Shown: positions 1-11,668 of the stretch, piece after piece
Position numbering within the stretch: position 1 is the first letter of the stretch
Layout of the letters: each line of letters opens with the position of its first letter
Origin: Camelus ferus
Taxonomy: Eukaryota
DNA length: 64,000 nt
Assembly: GCF_009834535.1 (NCBI RefSeq)
Contig: NC_045697.1
Coordinates: 2,606,001-2,670,000, forward strand
Direction: 5' to 3'
Position numbers and translations under genes: made by a program
The notes under the pieces: generated by a model
What the model was told of the DNA's origin: nothing
Database searches by the model: none
The model's input: only the letters and a program-made list of their open reading frames with translations

Positions 1-324
1 AGCGGCTCTCCTGGCATCCTGCCATCTTAGGATTCTGACACACGAATCAGTGAGAAGGTGCTTGTCACGCTCGGTCAGCCCCCCGCCCGGCCGGCTTCAC
101 ACGGCACAAACACACTATTTCCAAATTATTAAACCCAATGAATACTTTATTGCTCAGTGTCTTCAAATACGGGTTGGATTGTGTGGCTCCCTGAGCACGA
201 AGCCCAGACGCCTTAGCTCGGGGTCACCAGCGCCCTGGCCTCAGCTGGCCCCAGGGGCTTTTCACCATGACCTTTCCCGCCTGCCCTCACGCACGGCTAC
301 GTCTCTCATGCAGATTAAGGGACC

Positions 325-400
325 ACCTCTCTGAGCCTCAGTTTCCCTGTTTGTAAAACGCAGATACAGTGCGATAGGGGCGAGGGCTGTGACAGGCCCA
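325..400 (+). mobile_element. MIR SINE core fragment
   Basis: ctctctgagcctcagtttccctgtttgtaaaacg matches the MIR core ctctctgngcctcagtttcctcatctgtaaaatgg. Confidence 0.75.
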
Positions 401-759
401 GCATGGGCTGTGCACGCATGAATAGGAGTTGTGTTTCTTCTGACGTGCATGGCTGTCTTCTCAAGGGGAGGGTTCTATGTCCTCTCCATTTCTGCGTCCC
501 TCTCAGCGTCAGACAGCAGACAACACAATTCCGATTTGCCAAGTGAAAGACAGCAGATTTCTCTTTTCTAGAAGGTGCAGGATTTCCACAACAGCCCCCC
601 TGTAATGTGGCGGGCTCACCGGAGGCTGGAAACACACCCAGAAATGTACCTGGCAGGCGAGCCTGCTGCTGAACCCAGGACCTCGCGTCCAGCCTAGGCC
701 AGGGGCAGAGGTCCGGCTTCCCGTGACTGCTTTTGCTCCGATGGTCAGGCTCACGGGCA

Positions 760-1420
760 GTCCCCATAATCTGAAGCATTTGGTAGCGATCTAATTAAAT
801 GTTAACACATCATTAAAGTGATTTGTGATCAGCACAGTTAACAGTTTGATAGATCCATTCCTGGCTGCCTCCATGCTGGAAACAATCGCCCTCAATCAGC
901 CCGGGGCTGTTGACATCTGCTGAACGTTGTGGGGACACATGTACGGGCTGGCAAGGCACGTCTGCCGCCCGAGACGCGCCAAGCGCCCAGCGCCCATGAC
1001 GGTCGCTACCCGGGGCGGGGGCGGTTGTGTGTGGACTTGGGGTGCTGCAGAGGGGTGGGGAGCACTTAATTTCTGGGGCACTTTTGAAGCTGCTGTCGTC
1101 TGGGTGTCCCAGCAGCAGCCAACACGCCTGGTGGAGGATTAAGGAAGCACTGCCTTGCCCTGGTTAACATTCTGTAATGAAGGCAGCCTCCTGGTTGAAG
1201 GCTGTGAATCACTGCTTGTTAATGGGATTAATTGCTCAGGAATTAACTCTGCACACCTGGCAATGCGGGCAGGGGATGGCAGCCAGTTCTGTCTAAATAG
1301 CGATACGGTGACTTGGAGGCAGGGGAGAGATGGCTCAGCGGAGTGCAGAGTATTAACTCCGGGGAGAGGCAGCCTTGAAAAATACAGAATGGTCTTATGG
1401 CCAAGCTCTACGTAAAGGAA
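760..1420. promoter_or_regulatory. Candidate enhancer cluster, rich in homeodomain motifs
   Basis: Repeat-free and locally AT-richer. Contains CTAATTAA (~791), TGATAGAT (847-854, TGATNNAT), AGCACTTAA (1061-1069), GGATTA (1136-1141, 1225-1230) and TTAATTGCT (1228-1236). Conservation not verifiable. Confidence 0.4.
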
Positions 1421-1467
1421 ACAGGACACTAGTCCTCGCTAGACCAGAAGGGGCCCATGGAACTTCA

Positions 1468-1600
1468 GGGACTGTTAGAGCCAGCTGGTCCAACTTCCTC
1501 TCTTCACAGCTGGGGAAACTGAGGCCCAGAAGGAGGCGGGAACATTAGTGCTGGGGTGGGAATGGAATCAGTAAGCCATGTGGCTGGGCCAGCAAGTCCA
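1468..1600 (-). mobile_element. MIR fragment
   Basis: cttcacagctggggaaactgaggcccagaagg is the reverse MIR core. Confidence 0.7.
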
Positions 1601-2059
1601 GGCTGTGTGTCCCAGAGGCTGGGTGGCTCTGAGCCCCAGTACCTTCATCGGTGATACCTTGGCCTCAGCAGGTGGGAAGAGAACTGCAGGAGGACGTGGG
1701 TGTCAGGTGTACGTGGAGAGCCTGGCCCACAGTACCTCTCACCTCCCTCCACCTAGGACTGGGCTCTGATGCAAATCTCTAAGTGGAAATGAGGTCGAAT
1801 GCTCCAATCCAGATGGGGTTTATCTTTCAATGGCTGGGTCACTGGCGAGTAGAATTTGGTTCCAGAATAATTCACTGAGAATTCGGTTCCAGAATAATCC
1901 AGCCATGTGCCCGGCACTTGAATGAAAAGGATGTTAATGACACCTTTCTCACTGGACTCCAATCTTACCACACCTTCCTCATCCTGAGTCTTTGGCAGCT
2001 GCGTTTATGTGGCGGACTTTGTCCCAGTTCTGAGACCCCACACAGGTTACTCCCACTGC

Positions 2060-2160
2060 AGGGAATACTCGCCATCCTCATCTCCTGGCTCCTATCCATC
2101 CGCCTCTGGGTCTGAGCTTAAATGCTACCTCTTTGAGAAGCCCTCCAGAGCTGCTGTGGT
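2060..2160 (+). mobile_element. L2 LINE fragment
   Basis: tctgagcttaaatgctacctctttgagaagccctcc resembles the L2 motif tcagcttaaatgtcacctcctcagagaggccttcc. Confidence 0.55.
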
Positions 2161-2479
2161 TAGGCTGGGTGCCCTGTCCTGTGATCCCCCAGCCCCTGGC
2201 TTCCCTTATGCCCCCCCCCCCTCGCTTGTCAAGCACACACCCCTCACTGAGCCGTAAGCCACTGCAGAGCACGTCCTAGCCAGCAGTCCTGGCCCGGTGA
2301 GCACTGCAGGCCCTGGCTTCCCTATGCAGATTGCGCTGCGGTGGCAGTCTCCACGGCTCAGAGTTCTCATGAGGACTGAACAGCAAAGCATGAGAGGCCT
2401 GTGGCACAGTGTCTGGCCCCTGTGAAGGGCCCGCCGACGCCAGGCCTGTCGTGATTCTTTGTCTCAGCAGGGGGTTTGC

Positions 2480-3520
2480 TGAGCCTTTGAATTTGTGAGT
2501 TTATTTCTTAAAACTATTTTGGAAAATTCTAAGTCAATATTTCTTCAAATTTTCTTCTGCCCCATTTTATTTCTCTCTTCTCCTTCTGGGGCTTCAATTA
2601 CAACTATATTAGGGAGTTTATATAGTGTCCCACATACTTTTCATGCTCTTTTATGCATTTTCATTGTTTTCCTCTATGTGCCATAATTTAAGTATTCTCT
2701 ACTGACCCATCTTCTATTTTGTGAATCCTTCACCACCTTCTACTGTGTCTATCCTGCTGTAAAATCCGTCTCTTGAGCTATTAATTTTAGACTTTTTTTT
2801 CATTTCTAGATTTTTTAAATTAACTTTTTAAAGATTCTAATTCTTGATTGGAATTCTTTTTTAAAAAAATGGATCTGCTCCATAATTTATTATTTTAAAC
2901 ATACATCAATTATTGTTACTTAGAAGTTTTTGCCAGCTTACTCCAGAACTTGGATAAACATTGGGTCTGTTTCTGTTGTCTGTTTTGCCCCTTGGCTTTC
3001 TTGCATATGACTTTATCGCTTGGCATCTTAATAATTTTTCATTTATTGGCAGATATTGTATATAAAAATTGTAGCAGCTCCAAAATAGTGAAAATAGTCG
3101 TTATATTTTCAACCTGAGAGCTCCTTGTTTCCTCTGACAGGCAGACAAAGCATGGCGCTGACCATCTTAGGAGCTGATGCCTGTTGGCCTGGGTTCCCGA
3201 TCTGGGAAGGCACCGCCTTCCTCTGGATCCCACTGTTCTCCCCGTACAGCCCTTCAGATCGTCAGCTGAGAGCTTGTCATCTTCCCTGAGCCTCTTGTCC
3301 TGGTAGGTCTTGGTCTCTTTAGCCCACGGGACTGAGGCAAATTCCATTCTGCTTTTCAGAGGTTTTGACCAGCTTTTTACCCATGCTGTCCATTCCCCCA
3401 GCAGGTTCAGAATCTGGCAAAAATCTTGACGTGGAAATGGTCTGTGTTTTTGAAGCCTCCAAAGCCTCTTAATTTCATCACTCCAGCTCTGCCAGCCACC
3501 GGAAGGTCTAGTGGGCTCTT
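2480..3520 (-). mobile_element. Old L1M/HAL1-like 5' region (ORF1/5'UTR), antisense
   Basis: Abrupt T-rich block. ttggaaaattctaagtcaatatttcttcaaattttcttctgcccc...tctccttctggg is typical antisense L1M ORF1. Confidence 0.65.
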
Positions 3521-3929
3521 TAGCTGGGCCCATCCAAGCAGAACCTTCTTCCCAGGACAAGCCCATATCTCACCCTCAACCCCCACCTAGAAGAGGGAAT
3601 GCCCTCCAGCAGAAGTGGCCAAGGTTGGTCACTCACCCTCTGCACGCTCCCCTGCCTTCTGCAGCATTCTGACAAGGAGACAGTTTTGTCCTTGTGGAAG
3701 GGGGGTGGGTGCCTTGTTCTGTCACGGACTCCCTGCACCCTCCCCCTGCAGAAACTGTGATGGCTTTAAACAAGGAAACTACATGAACTCTTTTGAGGGG
3801 TGTGGATTGTTTATTTGTGTGATTTACCCACTCTTTCATGAAAATTACATTGTTTACTCATCACAAAAACATTGGGCAAGCTTCTCTGTGAGGACTGCAC
3901 CTTTACCTTCTCCAGGACTTCTCTGCAAA

Positions 3930-4197
3930 GGTCCACCTTCTCAGGAGGGGGCCCTCAATGCCCCCATCTCTGCTGTCACTCCCACTTCACTCCTCGTCCC
4001 TCTCCTGCCGGTTCGTCTCCAGGGCTTGTCATTATCTGATAGAGCATTTTTGTCACCCATTTCTTTGTGTTGTGTCTGCCTCCCCCAGTAAGTGAAAATT
4101 CCACACAGCAGGCATTTTTACTTGTTTTGTTCATTGCTGAGTATGGTCCACTCAGGACCAGGCATGTAATAGGGGCTCAATAAATATTTGTGCAATA
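3930..4197 (+). mobile_element. L2a 3' end
   Basis: tgttttgttcattgctg...ggcatgtaataggggctcaataaatatttg matches the L2 terminus. Confidence 0.75.
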
Positions 4198-4476
4198 GAT
4201 CCCACATAGAAGCAATGTCTTACAGTATTTTTCTTTGTCCTTCTGGCTTACTTCACTTAGTAGACAGCCTCCAGGTCCATCCATATTGCTGCAAATGGTA
4301 TTATTTTATTCTTTTTATGACTGAGTAGTATTCCATTGTATATACCATGATGAGGTCCTACTGTCTACCACAGGGAACTGAATCTGAAAAAAAAAAATAT
4401 AAAACTGATTGACTACGCTGAACCCCGGGAATTAACACAACATTATAAACCAACTACACAATTCAATTTAAAAAAA
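4198..4476 (+). mobile_element. Short 5'-inverted L1 (cetartiodactyl-type 3'UTR)
   Basis: 4198-4348 is antisense L1 3'UTR. 4350-4476 is sense L1 3' end with A-tail. Flanks are TTGTGCAATA (4188-4197) and TTGTGGAATA (4477-4486). Confidence 0.8.
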
Positions 4477-5079
4477 TTGTGGAATAATTGAGGAGTGTCA
4501 TCATCTTTAACAGATAAGTAAGTCAGGGCCAACTTTAAATAACTTAAATAAGGGCAGGCCACAGGCACCAGGGCTCAGACAGCACACCTTCTTGGGGACA
4601 CGTTCCACCCACAGTGGGGGTGGGGATATCTGCGAGCTCTTTGCGGACCCTCTCCCTGCCCAGCTCCCAGAGGGTGGTCTCTGATGGACTCTGGTGTGCC
4701 CCCACCAGCCCACATGTGCTTGCTGGGTGGTTCATGCTCACCGAGGACTGTCCTGTGCACCGAGGACCCTGAGAGGATGCAGCCACCCCGGTATCTGGTG
4801 GGGAGGCAGATGCCCAAACAGGTTATGGGGTGACAAGTCTCACCCTTGGGGACAGATGCACACCCCATCAGGGACACATTAACGTTACAACAAGAGAAAG
4901 CAGAGTAGGGAATTACGAGTGGTACTTCCCAAGAGACTGGGAGCAGAGTAGCACCTCGGCCAGGAACCTGTGCTTCTCCACAAGGGGGAGGGTGTGTGTG
5001 TGCAGGGAGAGCAGGGCCCAGAGAGATCAGAGCCTGGAGGTCAACTCAGCGGGGGTCAGATGGCAGAGGGGCCGCCCGT

Positions 5080-6010
5080 TGGACCTCTGAGCAGGCAGAG
5101 GAAGCTGCCCCTCCCGAGATCCCAGCGTGGAGGAAACGCCAGCACCTTTGGAAAGAACCCCCGTGAGCGAGGAGAGCCGGGAGGGCCGCGCCTGGCCCTG
5201 CGCCCTGAGGAAGGGGCCTCGGTGTGGGAGCAGGTATTGATCTGCCGCGCTGGGCGGGAGGAGGCGGTTGATGGATGAAGCACTCGGTCCCTCGGCAGGC
5301 AAGGCGCTTCCACATTAGGCCACTGGCGCCAAAATTGTCTAGAAAGCCCATCGCAGACGGCGGCACACGGAGCGCATTGTAACGGCAATTACAGAGCCAG
5401 TCATTAATTAAATAAGACCTGCTTTTTGCAGCCACACGCGGGAAACAGGCTGCTCATTCAGCTGTGTATTCATTCCTCGTTGACGGGGCGTCAGGCGTGC
5501 GTGAGATGCCGGGAGGCAGGGCTCCCAGGCAACACCTGATGGCAGGCCCCTCTCTGCTCCTCCGGACCTTCGACCTCTGGGCCTCGGCTCCTCCCCGTGG
5601 GGCGGGCTTGGCCGCACCTCCTTGCTGGGGGCTGTGAGGGTAAGCGAGAAGATGCAGGTGGGGCGCCCAGCGCGGGGCCGGCACGCAGCTCCTGCGGCCG
5701 CGCGGGTGCGGATCCGCATTCCCCAGGCGGAGGTGTGCGGGTGCAGGAGCGTCCGCCGCGAGGCTGTGCGCAGAGCTGGACCGAGGCCCTGGGTGCGCCC
5801 TGGACCCTGCTGGGACAGGAGCTGCAATGCAGCTGAAAGACGGAGACACCGCCAAAGACCCCCGTTTCCTCAGCAGCCCAGGCTGCACTTAAGCTCACTT
5901 CTCTCTGCAACTGGGCGGTCGCTGCCTGTGGCCTCCCTCCGCCGGCACACAGCCTCCCCGCGGCCTCCCCGCCCTCCCCGGCTCTGGACACTCTGGTCTC
6001 TGCCCCCGCG
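5080..6010. promoter_or_regulatory. CpG-island-like region with an embedded homeodomain-motif block (~5260-5490)
   Basis: Visibly dense CpG. Contains TGATGGAT (5269-5276), GGCAATTAC and GTCATTAATTAAAT (~5400). No associated exon seen. Confidence 0.5.
5565..5690 (+). mobile_element. MIR 3' half, strongly GC-shifted
   Basis: gggggctgtgagggtaagcgagaagatgcaggtggggcgcccagcgcggggccggcacgcag aligns by eye to MIR agggttgttgtgaggattaaatgagataatgcatgtaaagcgcttagcacagtgcctggcacatag. Confidence 0.7.
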
Positions 6011-6239
6011 GCCTGTCCTGTTCTTGCTGCTCCCCCAGTAGGTCCAGCTCAAGTCCTGGCTGGTGGCACCCCCCCTTAAAGAACAGACCTGTGTGTGGGC
6101 TGCGCTGCCCTGGCCTCTGGGACGCCTGGTTCCGGCTCTCTTCTCCTCTGTTCTGGGGCTGTCCCTCCTCCAGCTCTCTCTGCGCCTTGCCGCCTTCATA
6201 GACATCTTTCTACGGCTTTTCTTTTCTCCCTCCCTCCTT

Positions 6240-6700
6240 GTATGCATGGGAATTTTATAAATTGCTTTTATAAAACTATTCAATTTGTTTCGCTCAAAAA
6301 GATTTTTAAAGGCTTGAGCTTGGGATAAGGGGTCGTTGAAGACTTGGAAACAAAAGGTAGATTAAATTCCTAAATTCAGAATCAGGGCGGATTTTGAAAT
6401 GTTGCTCCGTATCGGGTCAGCCTGCAGCTGTCTCTTATCAGCCGGTATCAGACGCAGCAAAACGTGGTCAAACGCAAATATAATTTCTCTGTTTTGATGT
6501 AACAGCCGATTCTGCAGGACACATTTGTGTTGCATCTGTATCAGGGCATCTCAGTAACGCTTTGGAACATGCACCTTATTTACGTGAATCTATAAAAGGG
6601 GGCTGTAATAACGCTAACAAGTTAACTATAATTAACCAGAAGGCCAGTGAAAGCGATGGCCTCCGGGGCCAATGGCAGCAAGCATTTGGGGTAAAGTCAG
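6240..6700. promoter_or_regulatory. Candidate conserved non-coding element/enhancer
   Basis: AT-rich non-repeat island. Contains TTTTATAAA x2, CAGCTG, two reverse GATA (CTTATCA, GGTATCAG), TATTTAC, TATAAAAG (6591-6598), ATAATTAA and GCCAAT. Confidence 0.5.
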
Positions 6701-7399
6701 GGGAAAGATACCTCCTTGCTTCTGCTCTCCCCCCGGTCAGGGCCCGGCTTGTGTGCGAAGATGCCGACGGTCTGCAGCTTGCTGAGTTTCCTACCGTGAC
6801 ACTGTCCCCTTTGACAACCACCTTCAGCTCTGCCTTAGAGGCCTGCCTGGACTTAGCCCCTTAGTATCCACCAGGACACAGGGGATGTGCCGTAGTGACA
6901 GCCCCACGGCTCACACCGACCGGGTGTCTGTTCGGCGGAGCCAGGCCCTGGGAGTGCTGGTGGGGGGGGAGGGCAGCTCCGCAGGATGCTCATGCCATTG
7001 GAGGAGAAGGACAGGCAGTGAGCAGACAGAGAAATATACAGAGCTGGTTGCACTGTGTTGGTGATGGAAGGAGTGGGGTGTCTGAAGAGGGGCCCTGGGC
7101 ACTCCCGAACGGGGCAGGCATGGACAAAGGTCCTGAAGTTGCAATGTCACTTACAAGAGGAGCTCAGCACCCAGGGCCCCTCAGCGGCCCTCCTCCGCAG
7201 CCTGGGAGCACTGGGCTGTTCTGGGCCCGGGTGAGAACACCAGGCAGATGGCAGTGGGCAGGGGGGTGACATCTGCGCACAGCTCCCCCTTACTTAGTAC
7301 CTCCCTGAGCACTCATCCCAGTAGGACGTGGGCCCCAGCTGGAGATAAGACCCGCGGTCTGCCGCTTGCCTTCCTGCCTCATTTGAAGCAGCAGGACAG

Positions 7400-7570
7400 T
7401 GTTGCTCTCTGTGGCCCGATTTCATCAGCTGTGAAATGGGGTGATCCTCCCAGGATGGTCAGAGAGGGTGAGTCAGGGTCTGCAGAGTCCTCTGCCCTGG
7501 GCAGGGCTCACCCAGCCCCCGTCCTGTGTCTGTTGACTGAATGAGTGAATGAATGAATGAGTGAATGAGG
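7400..7570 (+). mobile_element. MIR fragment followed by (TGAA)n tail
   Basis: ctctctgtggcccgatttcatcagctgtgaaatgggg, then tgaatgagtgaatgaatgaatgagtgaatga. Confidence 0.55.
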
Positions 7571-8118
7571 CCCCCAGTTTTCCAGCTAGACATGGAGGAG
7601 CCAGGACCCACTGTCCCCTGGCAGCCCAGACTAGCTCTCAGCCGCCTGGCTGGCTGCAGGCCCACAGGGGAGCCACCATGGCTGGTGGGCGAGCGGGAGG
7701 TGCGGGGTCCCACCCCACAGAGACCTCCCTGGGCTCACACCTGATCAGCGGAGCCCTGATTGCCCTCCCCCGAGCACCATTACAGCAATTAGGAGCGGAG
7801 TGCTCCACTTAACTGCCCGAGCGCAATCACAGCGCTGGGGCGGGGGAGGCGGGGTCAGCCGTCTCGCCTGCCTGGAGCCCCCGACTCACCCGGGTCCGGG
7901 CGTAAATGCAGTCAGAGGGGTCTTGGGTTGGACCGCAGCCTGGGTGGGCCTTAAGGGCTCCGACCACGGTGATGGATGGCAGAGGAGGTGCTGATCACCA
8001 CGTCCCACGTCCAAGGGAACAACCTCAGAGCCACCTCTGGACGTCCCCATGCGTGTCCACTGCTTCCCTGACCTCGCAGGGAGCTCTGCGGGGCCCAGGC
8101 TGGGCTTCAAATTCCCAC

Positions 8119-8464
8119 TGTGTTAGCTCGGCCACCATCACAAACTTCCACAAGCAGGGGGCTTAAACTACAGAATTTATCTTCTCACAGTCCTGGGGAC
8201 TGAGATCAGGGTGAGGGCGGGCCGGGTCCTCTGGGCCCTCCTCCTTGGCGGCCGGTGCCATCTCCTCCCTGTGTCCCCACAGGGTCTTCCTCTGTGTGTC
8301 TGTGTCCTGACCTCTTGCAAAGACACATATCATACTGTACTGGGCCCATCCTAATGACCTCATTTTACCTTAATCCTCTCTCCAAATACCGTCATGTTCT
8401 GAGGTCTTGGGGGTTAGGGTTCTGAACATATGCATCTTTGAGGAACACCATTCATCCCATAGCA
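8119..8464 (-). mobile_element. MLT1B-like MaLR solo LTR
   Basis: Reverse complement begins tgctatgggatgaatggtgttcctcaaagatgcatatgttcagaaccctaacccccaagacctcagaa. Degenerate 5-bp TSD cccac/tccat. Confidence 0.85.
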
Positions 8465-9199
8465 TCCATATTACAGGATCCCACAGCTCGTGAGTGGTGG
8501 CGTGGGGTTTGGTCTCAGGCCTTGGGGCCCATATCCTGTACTCCTCCCAGCCCACAGCAGGGCGTAGAGGCTGAGAACGGCCCTGCGTGGTGACTCCTGC
8601 ATCTTGACCTGCTCTGAAAGACTTTCGGACATCTCAGAGATGCTGGCCTCTCTGCCTGACACTCGGGGAACACTGGACTGTAAGTTCCCTGTGCTCAGTT
8701 GTTCCCTGTGTGCCCAGAACTCAGCCTGGTGCCTGCACAGTAACGCCTGTTGGAAGGGAGGCAGGACAGGCGGAGGTCTTCTGGAGCCGGGCCAGGACCC
8801 GGCATCCCTCTTGGCGGTGAGGCTGCAGGTGTTTTGGGGCGTCGCTGAGCTCATGACACGCCTGCTTTCCTGGGGCCCTGCAGGCGGCCTTTCCTCCTTA
8901 GGAAGCACCAGCGCTGCTTCTCTAAGTGTGTCCAGAGCTGTGCTCCAGGGACTTCGGGTGGAGCCTCCCTGCACGGTGCTCCCCGTGGTAAAGCCCTGGT
9001 TGTCCACGCGCCACCCCCATAGCCCGGGCTCGGAGGGCACCGCCTCGGGGAAGGGCGTCATCGCGTGCGGCTGTTTTCAGCTGCGGGACTTTCTCTCCTG
9101 CTGTTTCCGAAACGTGTCTGGACAATATGGAAGCCCTCCGGACAGGACAGATTCACTAGTCTCCTGAAGAATTTAGGCAGATTTGGGAAGCAGAGAAGC

Positions 9200-9450
9200 A
9201 CCAAGGTGTTCCCTCATGGTCTCTGCACGTATAGATTTTCCTTTAAGAGGCAGAATACAAATGAATAAGTCTGATTGTCATTAATGACACAGGCTTACTG
9301 GCCCGTGGCTCTCAGACAGCCACTCATTAAGGGAAGCATTCATTTTCCCCCCGGGTGACTTTGTTCGTTAAGTTCTCAGAAGAACCTCACACTGGCCAGA
9401 GGTGACCACTCTGATCATGAGTGGCACGGCCGTAACGTTTGGCACTGAAG
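9200..9450. promoter_or_regulatory. Candidate enhancer with 14-bp palindrome
   Basis: TGTCATTAATGACA at 9276-9289, overlapped by TGATTGTCA, with CTCATTAAG nearby. Confidence 0.4.
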
Positions 9451-9649
9451 GAAGAACTCTTTATAGGGGTCGTTCTGTTTTGGGAACTGCCCTTGGGCAG
9501 AAATTGAAAAACCCACTCACACCCCCACATCCACCCCTACCCCCACATATAGAGTGGGGGGGACCCTCTTAAGGGGAGAGCCTCAGAAGGAGTTATTCCC
9601 CCAGCAGAAGGCAGAAATCTGTTACGCGGAACCCTTCACCCTTTTCATG

Positions 9650-10075
9650 CTGACAACACCAGCTGTCTGCATGTCCCCATGTCCCCTCTGCCCAGCCCAG
9701 AGGCCGCAGCCTTCTTTGGGGACAGTTCACACCCACAGCCCTCTGCCCTGAACACCTGCCCCTTCTCCCTGCGGCTCCTCACTGGCCCTGGGAGCAAACT
9801 CAGCCCGCACGTAGAGCAGAAACACCAGGGAGTTCACTCCCCCAGGAGTGACCTTCCGTCAGCGATGGGGAGCTGGTGATTCAGTACCCCACGCAGGGAG
9901 GCCCTGCAGAGTGTTCCGTGCGGTCTCTCCGAGGTCCCCCAGCGGGGCTGCGTCCGGCTGTCCACAGCGGGAACTTCCCCATCAACCCACCTTTCTTAGC
10001 TTCCGTCCCTTCCCCACCTCGCTGCCCCACGCCCACAATGTACTTCGGGGTCGTCTCCCAGATAAATATTCGTCA
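9650..10075 (+). mobile_element. LTR16-family (ERVL) LTR
   Basis: gaggtcccccagcggggctgcgtccggctgtccacagcgggaact...gtacttcggggtcgtctcccagataaa matches the LTR16 body and polyA-signal region. Confidence 0.65.
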
Positions 10076-10227
10076 GTCCGTAAGTGGGAAAGCTCCAGGC
10101 CGGGCGAGCAGAGGCCTGGCTCGGGAGGCTGCAGTGCGGCTGGCGCTTCCCCTGACCCTCCCACCCCTCCCAGCAGGACCTGGGTTCCTACTGGGGGACG
10201 AGTGCTGGGGAGCAGGACAGCTCCGGC

Positions 10228-10581
10228 TGTACCATCTAGGTTCTTTGGAGAAACAGGGCCGCTCGGACGGAGGGACGCAGAGACTCACTATAAGGGGTTG
10301 GCTCACGCAATTCTGGAGGCTGAGAACCAGGAGCACCGAGGTGGAAGCTCTGGTCCCCGGTGCGAGGGAATCAGATGTCCCAGCTCAGCAGTCAGGCACA
10401 CCAAGCCCTTCTCACGTGGTCTTTTTGCTCTAGTCTGGCCTTCAGCTGATGGGACGAGGCCCACCCACATGGGGGACGCTGTCTCCTGAGCCATTGCTAA
10501 TCTCATCCTGAAACTCCCTCGTGGACACATCCAGAATCATGTTAACCCCGTGGCCCAGTTAAGTTAAAATCAACCACCACA
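10228..10581 (-). mobile_element. MLT2 (ERVL) solo LTR
   Basis: ttggctcacgcaattctggaggctgagaa...aggcccacccacatgg...gtggcccagttaagtt...aaccaccaca. TSD-like ccggc/tcagc. Confidence 0.85.
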
Positions 10582-11489
10582 TCAGCCTTCTGAGGGCTGC
10601 GACATAATGGCTGTGAGCTGATGTTAATCCCTAGGGACCCAAAGGCCACCATGGGCCACAGGTCTGGGTGGGGACATAGGGAAGTCAGGGGACAGAGGGA
10701 GTCTCGGTCCAGTTCCTCCCACAGAGTGTCCCACTGTTGTGCCCCCAGTCCCAGAATACAGCGTAGGGCAGGACGCAGAAACCAGCAGCACCCCGGGCGG
10801 CCCCACGGGGGGACCTTGAGCACGTGATGCTGGGTGGGAGAAGCCAGGCCCGGCGACCAGCCCCGTGTGGCTGTCACCGGCCTTTCCTTTGGCTCCTCCC
10901 TACCCGGCTGTCGTTCACATTAACAGGGTGAAATCCCGACTTGCAGCAGCGGACAGAAACTGTCTTCGCTGGCCAAGGAACGGAGAAGGGGGAGCTCATG
11001 CTCGAAGAGCACTTCCCCCCGAGCGCGGGGCAGGACCAGCTTTCGCAGGGAAAGCGCTAGAGGGCGGGGATGGGGCACGGGCCGTTGTCACTTCCGTTCA
11101 CGGAAACGGGGGGCAGTTTCCCGGAACAGGGTCTGCACCTCTTTCCTGCCCCTTTATGGTCCTGCGGGGTCTGGGTCAGAAGAGGGTCGAACCAACAAGG
11201 CGCCAACTGAGTGGGGATCTTAGCATTAAGATGAGATGACAATGAGCCGTAGTGCAACCTTTGTCCCAGTTTTGCAGTCCAGCCAGCCTGTCAGTTTCTA
11301 GTGGCAAAGCCCTCTCGCTGCCACTGGGCCAACACAGCAGAAGACACGGTCAGTCTTGGTTTTCTGCAGATTTGCATGAAGGGAGGTTATTTTAGGAACG
11401 GGGCTTCCCTGCCTTTTTGCTGACGGCAGGTGTGCGTGTGTTTTATAGAGAGAGTTTAGGTGCAGCTTAGGGACCCGTGGCTTCCGTGG

Positions 11490-11668
11490 GTTACAATTCC
11501 ACTTACGAGAGGTACCGACAGAAATCAAATTCATAGAGACAGAAGGTAATCGAGGTGCCAGAGGCTGGGGGATGGGGGGTGGAGGGGTTATGATTTAACG
11601 AGGACAGAGTTTCAGCTTGGGAAGATGAAGAAGTTTTGGATAAGGTGATAGTTTCTCAACAACATGAA
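11490..11668 (+). mobile_element. L1MB-type 3'UTR fragment
   Basis: attccacttacgagaggtacc...caaattcatagagacagaagg...agagtttcagcttgggaagatgaagaagtt. Confidence 0.8.

Noticed and set aside
11054..11067. CTCF-like GCGCTAGAGGGCGG (and CCACCAGCGGGCGC at 41680-41693)
   Set aside because: Each mismatches core positions, and such near-matches are common at this GC content. Not supportable without ChIP data.
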